DNA of 5,736 bases from Candidatus Thorarchaeota archaeon (GTDB lineage: Archaea; Asgardarchaeota; Thorarchaeia; Thorarchaeales; Thorarchaeaceae). The notes under the pieces are model-generated. The model ran no database searches and was not told where the DNA came from. It saw only the letters and a list, made by a program, of their open reading frames with translations. Shown here piece after piece: positions 1-5,520 of this stretch (position 1 is the stretch's first letter; each line of letters opens with the position of its first letter). Position numbers and translations under genes: made by a program. The DNA lies in assembly GCA_003345555.1 (NCBI GenBank), contig PRDJ01000074.1:1-5736 (forward strand), in the 5' to 3' direction.

Positions 1-2
1 GA

Positions 3-1067
3 ATCGCAACGCCCTACCTATCCCTTTTCGCGAGGATTGAGAATTTCAGGAGAGAGCAGCTGGACGAGGAGCTCTACCTGAAGAAGCGACTCGGAAAGAT
101 ACGCTGCATGCGCCGAACGATTCACATCTTGCCAAGAGAAACGATCCCCTTAGCCTATGCCGCGGCAAGAAAAGGACTACTCAAAGACGCAGTTGCCTTC
201 CTTGAGTTTCGCGGTGTCTCAATCGATGAATACGAAGCGACTTCAAAGAGGATTCTGGAAATCCTGAAGGGTCAGGAGATGACAACCTCTGAAATCAAAG
301 GGATTCTTCGAACGGAATTGAACGTGTCTGCGATTGTGGAGCAAATGTGCGATCAAGGACTACTCATAAGGGGTAGACCAAGAAAAGGCTGGAGAGGAAA
401 GGTGCAGGACTACTCACGCTTCCACGACTATTTCCCGGACTTGGACTTGACCAGAACTGAGGAAGCAGAAGCAATATCCCTGTTAGTACATCACTACCTT
501 TGCTCCTTTGGTCCAGCGACTGAAAGTGATATCGCCTGGTGGATGGGCATTGGAAAAGGCAAAGTACGGGCAGCGCTGGACAGCATTCAAGGCCAGACAG
601 AGCAAATCACCATCTCTGACCTGGACGGCACCTTCATTCTGCTGAAGTCGGACGAGAAACGTCTGAACGACACGAAGACACAAGACACGCATACGGTGAA
701 TCTGCTGCCGAACCTTGACCCTTACCTCATGGGTTACAAGGATCGTGAGAGATACCTTTCACCAGAACACAGGGAGTACGTATTTGATCGCGGTGGCAAC
801 GCTACATCAACAATCTTGCTTGACGGAAAAGTCGTCGGAGTGTGGGACTTCGAGGAAGCTGAGAAACCCTTGGTCAAGTTGCACTTCTTTGAGAAGGTCA
901 AACGAAGCGCACTAAGCACAATTCACACAGAAGCGAGAAAGACCGGAGAATTCATCGTCGAAGAAAACGTTCAGATCAAGGAGTGCGACTCAATGGTTCC
1001 TTTAACGCGGAGAAATGCGGGAGGTTTCTTGGCGCCGTTGTCCGAAACTTACCCATCTAAGACATAG
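3..1067 (+). CDS. Winged-helix DNA-binding / DNA glycosylase AlkZ-YcaQ-like family protein (HTH_42), 5' end outside the window
   Basis: The frame is open from the window edge: codons from base 3 read IATPYLSLFARIENFRREQLDEELYLKKRLGKIRC before MRRTIHIL, so ATG108 is internal. PYLSLFAR...MRRTIH, YLCSFGPATESDIAWWMG, LLPNLDPYLMGYKDR and ILLDGKVVGVW match the typical HTH_42/AlkZ layout. Confidence 0.88.
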   Translation: MATPYLSLFARIENFRREQLDEELYLKKRLGKIRCMRRTIHILPRETIPLAYAAARKGLLKDAVAFLEFRGVSIDEYEATSKRILEILKGQEMTTSEIKGILRTELNVSAIVEQMCDQGLLIRGRPRKGWRGKVQDYSRFHDYFPDLDLTRTEEAEAISLLVHHYLCSFGPATESDIAWWMGIGKGKVRAALDSIQGQTEQITISDLDGTFILLKSDEKRLNDTKTQDTHTVNLLPNLDPYLMGYKDRERYLSPEHREYVFDRGGNATSTILLDGKVVGVWDFEEAEKPLVKLHFFEKVKRSALSTIHTEARKTGEFIVEENVQIKECDSMVPLTRRNAGGFLAPLSETYPSKT

Positions 1068-1107
1068 TCCCGAATGGTGTTCGGTTCCTGCGTCATCGCG
1101 GAGCACC

Positions 1108-1124
1108 TGCCTCTTGCAGAGGCA
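1108..1124. other. 7-bp stem hairpin in the convergent intergenic region
   Basis: TGCCTCT-TGC-AGAGGCA is a perfect inverted repeat 40 nt after the stop of the first gene. There is no U-tract, so function is unknown. Confidence 0.3.
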
Positions 1125-1222
1125 TGAACCTCTCCACTCTTGCAGGCGTTTTGAGTCTCCGCCCAACTGGCGGCGACTGAAACCAGATTCAGCCCCCCGC
1201 GGGAATCCGACATAGGGCTGCA

Positions 1223-2011
1223 TTATGCAGAATCTGAGAGATTTCTGCTTTTGACAAACCAACGCATGTCGCAGACCCCATCCCCGTCAGACAACGTGTG
1301 TGCCCTTTCACATTTTCCCCCGTCGACTAACATCTCGGCAGTGGCAAAGTCGCTCGTGCACCAGGTCCTCCGGAAGAATTGGAGTTCTTCCTCGCCAAAC
1401 TGCTTGTAGAAATCATGTACGAGACAAGAAGAATAATCCAAATGGAAGACATCGTTTTCTCTATGAACATTCACCCGATAGCCGGGGGGACCGACGCGAG
1501 TCTTCATTACCCAGTTGAGGACCTTCTCAAGGTGATCGGTCGGGGTCTTTGAGGATAATCGCATGAAGACTTTGCCCATGGCAAGTAGTGGGGAACTCTG
1601 CAGGTGCAGGGCGGCCAGCCAGAGCGAATCCGCCACCAAGGAAATGGCATAATCTTTCTCGATGTGTTCGGAGAGCAATGCCCGGTAAATCGCTAGATCG
1701 ATGAGTCCTAGGTATTCATTGCGATAATTGCCAAGGTGGTCGATATCGATGAAGAAGGGCATTAACTGCTTAGTATTCGCTTCTGCCTGAACCAGAATCC
1801 GCTCGATATCTCTTGGCTGAAAGTACCCATATTCCGGCAGGTGCTCTCTCCGGCATCGGGTTGTCAAGAGTTGAAACAGAAGTTCTCTCTTTAACTTCCA
1901 CGCACTCTTCCGTTGTATGTATTTGCGGAATTCTCTGGACAAGATTAGCCCCCGGTTCCCTTGTACTTCGATTACATTTCCAACCACGAAACGGGGGATA
2001 TAAGCTTGCAC
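1223..2011 (-). CDS. ATC_hydrolase (L-2-amino-thiazoline-4-carboxylic acid hydrolase-like, V4R-related) family protein; real start probably TTG at 1942
   Basis: The C-terminal FHLDYSSCLVHDFYKQFG...WCTSDF...ERAHTLSDGDGVCDMRW follows the family's C..C.xD..R..TL..G...CD pattern. The track start at 2011 is a GTG inside an AT-rich promoter-like stretch. An in-frame TTG at 1942 is preceded by GGGGG. Enzymatic activity is not established. Confidence 0.75.
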   Translation of the reverse strand: MQAYIPRFVVGNVIEVQGNRGLILSREFRKYIQRKSAWKLKRELLFQLLTTRCRREHLPEYGYFQPRDIERILVQAEANTKQLMPFFIDIDHLGNYRNEYLGLIDLAIYRALLSEHIEKDYAISLVADSLWLAALHLQSSPLLAMGKVFMRLSSKTPTDHLEKVLNWVMKTRVGPPGYRVNVHRENDVFHLDYSSCLVHDFYKQFGEEELQFFRRTWCTSDFATAEMLVDGGKCERAHTLSDGDGVCDMRWFVKSRNLSDSA

Positions 2012-2020
2012 TCTTAAATA
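1998..2020. promoter_or_regulatory. Candidate back-to-back archaeal TATA boxes
   Basis: Minus-strand CTTATAT (2004-1998) lies upstream of TTG1942. Plus-strand CTTAAATA (2013-2020) faces the LURP-like remnant. Based on motif match only. Confidence 0.4.
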
Positions 2021-2066
2021 GATAATCAGGTTGACCTACTTCTCCCACATCAGGGCTAGCTAGTAA

Positions 2067-2348
2067 TCCGCCCGCGCGATTCAAGATCTCAGTGGCAATA
2101 GGCTCTTTGAAGCCAAGGGCAATTTCCTCGGCTTCAGCTTCAAAGTCTACGACATGCAAGGCCGCGTGGCAGCAGAGATTGACAAGCTGGACGTGTGGAA
2201 GGACATCTTCTTGGGCGGGTCCATATTCGACTTCAAGAACACGTACGCGATTGTCATCAAGGACCCTGCCGTAGACCGACGAGTTGTTGTCCCTCGGGCA
2301 ATCGCTATTGATGAAGTAGTTGATGACGACAGGAAGGGTCGGCGGTAG
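2067..2348 (+). pseudogene. C-terminal remnant of a LURP-one-related / scramblase (Tubby C-terminal-like) protein
   Basis: The frame of track ORF 2154-2348 extends upstream as SARAIQDLSGNRLFEAKGNFLGFSFKVYDMQGRVAAEIDK...TYAIVIKDPAVDRRVVVPRAIAIDEV, matching the LURP-one C-terminal half (G.F...F.iyd..G..vA.I.K...Y.i.i...aiaiD). It is bounded upstream by in-frame TAG-TAA at 2061-2066, with no start codon before the conserved part. Confidence 0.7.
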
Positions 2349-2415
2349 CTCGGCCCTAAGATAGATTTCAACTAGAAAGACAGACATGCAACAAGCGCAG
2401 GCATCTCATCGATGT

Positions 2416-2672
2416 CTACCTAAAGAGCCAAACGACATCCACCGACGAAACCAGTTGCAGAGTGTGTGCAGAGGCAATGACTCCTCTTACGACAACTATC
2501 GAATGCAATGTCGCAGGACCCGCCCACACGAACACGAGTCCGCCTGTCCCGTCACTGACTGTGATTAATGTGCCTGCTATTGATGTATTGTTGCGAACAC
2601 TACAATGACAGCTGCGATTGTCAGAAGGACAGCGACGATGACCATTGGCTTAGGTTTTCCTATCTTCGGCAT
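2416..2672 (-). pseudogene. Frameshifted small membrane-anchored protein with an OB-fold-like C-terminal part (not in ORF track)
   Basis: ATG2672, preceded by GGTGG, reads MPKIGKPKPMVIVAVLLTIAAVIVVFATIHQ* (stop 2579-2577): a basic N-terminus plus one hydrophobic helix. A second frame (2589-2416) reads NTSIAGTLITVSDGTGGLVFVWAGPATLHSIVVVRGVIASAHTLQLVSSVDVVWLFR*. ITVSDGTG and VVVRGVI resemble OB-fold strands. The fold call is inference. Confidence 0.6.
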
Positions 2673-2703
2673 GCGAATCCACCAAAAGCCATTCACGTGC
2701 GGC

Positions 2704-2712
2704 AATATAAAA
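2704..2712 (-). promoter_or_regulatory. Candidate archaeal TATA box between divergent genes
   Basis: Plus strand AATATAAAA equals minus strand TTTTATATT. It lies about 35 nt upstream of ATG2672 (-) and about 30 nt upstream of ATG2739 (+), and fits the consensus better on the minus strand. Confidence 0.45.
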
Positions 2713-2738
2713 CACGCCAAGCGCGCAGTTCCCACCTT

Positions 2739-3245
2739 ATGACCAAAGAGTGTGCATCATCAGTAACTAGGAGGAGACAAGGCTCTGTACTCCTCTATGT
2801 ACTGGGTTTACTATGGTTCGCGTGGACACAGATAGTTTGCCATCCGGAAGTCGTAAGGTGGGTTGGTGTATTGTTGGCCCTTGCAGCCATACCCATGTTG
2901 GCTCGGATTCACCGTGCGTTGGGACGACAATACTCGCCTTGTTTGCAGATAAAGCAAAGCCACTCATTGATTACAGACGGGCCATACGCGAGAGTTCGTC
3001 ACCCTATGTATACAGTTCTGAGCACATTCTCGTTGGGGATGTCTTTGGTCACGGCGAACTTGCTCGTCATCTGTTTCGCGATTCTTGTAATCATTCCGTT
3101 TCCATTTGTGGCCAGAAAAGAGGAACACATGATGCTAGAGGAATTTGGAGACGAACACCGCGAGTATATGAAAAGGAGTGGTCGATTCTTCTCAAAGAGA
3201 TCCAAGAATAAGAAAACAGAAGAAGCTTCTCGGCAGTCGACGTGA
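2739..3245 (+). CDS. Isoprenylcysteine carboxyl methyltransferase (ICMT/Ste14/PEMT)-family membrane methyltransferase, possibly N-terminally truncated
   Basis: Contains LITDGPYARVRHPMY, RKEEHMMLEEFGDEHREY and GRFF plus several hydrophobic helices. The track start 2568 overlaps the opposite-strand anchored gene and gives a non-family sequence. ATG2739 (168 aa) is the most plausible remaining start. Confidence 0.8.
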   Translation: MTKECASSVTRRRQGSVLLYVLGLLWFAWTQIVCHPEVVRWVGVLLALAAIPMLARIHRALGRQYSPCLQIKQSHSLITDGPYARVRHPMYTVLSTFSLGMSLVTANLLVICFAILVIIPFPFVARKEEHMMLEEFGDEHREYMKRSGRFFSKRSKNKKTEEASRQST

Positions 3246-3294
3246 AACAGACGATTGTCAGGCAAGCCACAGTGGGAGAATCGTGCACTCTGTG

Positions 3295-3522
3295 CTACCA
3301 GACATATGAAAACAGGAACAGGATTCGACTTGCTTTCAGTGAACCTCTAGAATTCTGGAGAGCAGGATCCTTGGAGGAGTGAGGATGGTATGCCTTCGTC
3401 AATCTATTCAGGAAACAGCGATGAGGCAGAGGAGCATTCTGTGGGACTGGATGGTCACTGACGGCTCCAGCAACGAGTCCACTGGGCGCGAGGCCGAGCA
3501 GAAAGGTCAGACAGAGTAGCAT
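3295..3522 (-). CDS. Short hypothetical ORF or remnant with a signal-peptide-like N-terminus
   Basis: ATG3522 gives MLLCLTFLLGLAPSGLVAGAVSDHPVPQNAP..., a hydrophobic leader about 30 nt downstream of a CTTAAG box. The rest has no recognisable motif and may be out-of-frame decay. Confidence 0.3.
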   Translation of the reverse strand: MLLCLTFLLGLAPSGLVAGAVSDHPVPQNAPLPHRCFLNRLTKAYHPHSSKDPALQNSRGSLKASRILFLFSYVW

Positions 3523-3550
3523 GCCAAACGACAACAGGTGTTGCCATAAT

Positions 3551-3570
3551 TCTTAAGACCAAGGTCAAGA
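3551..3570. promoter_or_regulatory. Imperfect inverted repeat overlapping a palindromic TATA-like box; candidate operator or promoter
   Basis: TCTT(AA)GACC-AA-GGTCAAGA, where TCTTAAGA is itself palindromic. It lies between the divergent 3522 ORF and the wHTH gene. Confidence 0.3.
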
Positions 3571-3625
3571 GACAGTGTATTCTCTAACTGGCCATTTGCA
3601 TCCTGACATCACATGGGCGGGTGGA

Positions 3626-4096
3626 ATGTACACGAAAGAAAGGGAGGAAGACATACCGATAGGTGAGCAAGCGGAGGTCGACAGCCAACTCAGAGGGAAC
3701 ACTCTGGTCGTGTATTGGTACATGCTTCGATCCAACAAACCGCTTGGAGCCCGTGAGATACAGAGGGCAGTAGGGCTCTCAAGCTCAAGTTTGGCCTTGC
3801 ACCATCTCAACAAGCTGATAGAACTCGGACTGGTCGGAAAGGACAAGGAGGGTGCATATGTTGTTACGAGAAGAGTGAATGCGGGACTCCTTGGATTCTT
3901 CATCGGCACAGGAAGGTTGCTCTTGCCGAGATTCGTCCTCTATGCAGTCTTTTTCACTGGGGTCCTCATCTCCTCTTTGCTGGTGTTTTTCTCTCGTTTC
4001 GACGCGGTGCTGGTGACTCTACTTGTGAGTCTGGCAGTTGCCACACTCATCTTCTGGTTCGAGACTGTAAAGATGTGGAAGGCTCAGCCGCTCTAG
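3626..4096 (+). CDS. Membrane-anchored winged-helix (ArsR/HTH_20-like) transcriptional regulator with a C-terminal two-TM hairpin
   Basis: The wHTH segment LRGNTLVVYWYML...GAREIQRAVGLSSSSLALHHLNKLIELGLVGKDKEGAY is followed by two hydrophobic helices (FVLYAVFFTGVLISSLLVFF; AVLVTLLVSLAVATLIFWF). ATG3626 is directly preceded by a G-rich GGGCGGGTGGA tract and is preferred over the track GTG at 3575. Confidence 0.85.
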   Translation: MYTKEREEDIPIGEQAEVDSQLRGNTLVVYWYMLRSNKPLGAREIQRAVGLSSSSLALHHLNKLIELGLVGKDKEGAYVVTRRVNAGLLGFFIGTGRLLLPRFVLYAVFFTGVLISSLLVFFSRFDAVLVTLLVSLAVATLIFWFETVKMWKAQPL

Positions 4097-4100
4097 TTCT

Positions 4101-4118
4101 TGCTCAGATGTGCTCAGA
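4101..4118 (+). repeat. 8-bp direct repeat TGCTCAGA x2 at 10-bp spacing
   Basis: Copies at 4101-4108 and 4111-4118, plus a partial copy GCTCAG at 4082-4087. Confidence 0.75.
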
Positions 4119-4139
4119 AACTAGACTGAATAGACAACG

Positions 4140-5351
4140 ATGACGCTAGTTTGGCTGGGTGTCCGCAGTACGAGACTTCCGCTCGAAAACAGACCTGCTG
4201 CAGTCGTTATGGTGTTCCTGTTCACTCTGGGGATGCTCGTTCCAGTCATAGTGGCTGGCGTCACCTCCTCGGGTCTAGTCACGATGGGAGGAACACCTGT
4301 TGAGGACTCTGTCTTCGACGAGATTGTCACGCAGGTCCAAGATGAGGCCATGCTCCCGGGAGGTGCCGCTGGACCCACTCTGGACGGTATTCGATTGCCC
4401 ATTGATTATTCAGGACTTGAGAGGATAGACGAGTCCGTGGCTGCCGAGACCATGTTACAATTTGCAGCTCAGTCATCATACCTCACAGACCAGAATCTCA
4501 CGAGAGACGTGGTCTGGACGTGGGACAATCCTACTTGCTGGCCGCTCAGGTTCTTTGGACCCAATGTCACAGTATACGGAGCGGTGAACGCGTTCTCCGG
4601 AAAGGTGATCGACTTTCAAATAGCCTGGGACTACTCGCACGGTTCTTCGCCCTACTGGAGAGAATACAACGGGACGGACCCAATGCCAAAGGCCGAAGTT
4701 GAGGCCCACGCCCTCGAGTTTCTAAAGAACAACAACTATACTCTGGATGCTCATTCAAGGTACTTAGGACCCTTGGTGGAGCGTGGCATCCAGTATGTAA
4801 GCCAGTACGTCTACAAGCTACGCTTCTTTGACATCATCAGCGAGGTATTGGTTTGGGGAAATGTGATAGAGCTCGACCTCGACATTGAGACAGGAGAAGT
4901 GGTGAGTTTCCAGTACCACTGGGTCTTCGTTTCAAGCATCAGTACATTGGGCTCGATGAGTCGCGGCTGGGCGGAAACGCTGGCATTGAATCATCTCAGA
5001 GTCCTGAACGAACCGGTAGCATCTGTGGAGTCTTCGGTGCTCTTACTGATCGGAATTGGATCAGGTGACTACAGGCTGACATGGGTGGTTTCAGTAGATA
5101 GCGAAAGAGCGGGATCGGTATGTCTGGACGCCGTAACCGGAGAGGTGCTGGGTGTCGGCTACCATATGCTTGCTTCGCCAATCCTGCAGTCCTCACCGCA
5201 ACGGACTCTGGCGCCCCTATGGTTTTTCATTCCTGTGGTGTTTCTTCCCTCTGCACTCACTGGTCTGGCCGCATTCAGACTTGCCGGAAGAAGAGTCTGG
5301 AAGAGCTTACCTGAATCCGATGAAGAACCGTCGCCGTCAGAAAGCCCCTGA
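4140..5351 (+). CDS. Membrane-anchored surface protein with three PepSY/YcdB-YcdC-like repeats
   Basis: N-terminal hydrophobic segment (aa ~21-41) and C-terminal TM (aa ~358-381). Three repeats end in VNAFSGKVIDF (149-159), LDIETGEVVSF (247-257) and LDAVTGEVLGV (329-339). Each is preceded by an 'A..iA..fl'-type helix (ESVAAETMLQFA; KAEVEAHALEFL; SRGWAETLALNHL). N-X-T sequons at N119, N142, N177 and N199. Confidence 0.75.
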   Translation: MTLVWLGVRSTRLPLENRPAAVVMVFLFTLGMLVPVIVAGVTSSGLVTMGGTPVEDSVFDEIVTQVQDEAMLPGGAAGPTLDGIRLPIDYSGLERIDESVAAETMLQFAAQSSYLTDQNLTRDVVWTWDNPTCWPLRFFGPNVTVYGAVNAFSGKVIDFQIAWDYSHGSSPYWREYNGTDPMPKAEVEAHALEFLKNNNYTLDAHSRYLGPLVERGIQYVSQYVYKLRFFDIISEVLVWGNVIELDLDIETGEVVSFQYHWVFVSSISTLGSMSRGWAETLALNHLRVLNEPVASVESSVLLLIGIGSGDYRLTWVVSVDSERAGSVCLDAVTGEVLGVGYHMLASPILQSSPQRTLAPLWFFIPVVFLPSALTGLAAFRLAGRRVWKSLPESDEEPSPSESP

Positions 5352-5520
5352 AGGAAAGTGATTCTCAGAGACCGTGGCACGTCGCGTGATCAAGCATACA
5401 GTCAGCTCGTTCCCTTCACTGGGCCGCTTGGCGACTGCTCGGGGCGGAAGCTCTGAGTAGACTTGCAGGGATTCATGGAGATTAGGTTACTCGATAGTGT
5501 CGGGCCCGTTGCTCCTATGG

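Noticed and set aside
1124-1180. Possible box C/D sRNA (ATGA...CTGA, 57 nt)
   Set aside because: The C box (AUGAACC) is a poor match to RUGAUGA and I see no convincing internal C'/D' boxes.
1770-2387. 205-aa minus-strand ORF
   Set aside because: It is the in-register antisense shadow of the LURP-like remnant and overlaps the ATC_hydrolase gene in another frame. No recognisable motif.
2577-2600. Programmed ribosomal frameshift in the split gene
   Set aside because: No X XXY YYZ slippery heptamer is present, and a segment appears to be missing, so deletion is the simpler explanation.
2568-2738. Cys/Asp-rich N-terminal extension of the ICMT ORF, which could be mistaken for a metal-binding domain
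   Set aside because: It largely overlaps the opposite-strand TM-coding segment and promoter (2577-2712) of the split gene, which explains its composition.
2813-3211. 132-aa plus-strand ORF
   Set aside because: Alternative frame nested in the motif-supported ICMT gene.
2739-3245. ICMT and LURP as evidence for eukaryote-like prenylation or scramblase machinery
   Set aside because: Both families are widespread in prokaryotes, and no prenyltransferase or CAAX protease is seen here.
3242-3382. 46-aa GTG ORF overlapping the ICMT stop (GTGA) and containing CTLC
   Set aside because: It has only one CxxC, is short, has no family resemblance and overlaps the minus-strand candidate ORF. The GTGA overlap alone is weak evidence.
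483-5380. The remaining short 60-114 aa track ORFs
   Set aside because: They overlap better-supported genes in other frames or strands, or show no recognisable motif.
5352-5520. 169-nt convergent spacer as a tRNA or ncRNA
   Set aside because: I could not see a cloverleaf, T-loop motif or long stem. It contains only very short ORFs.
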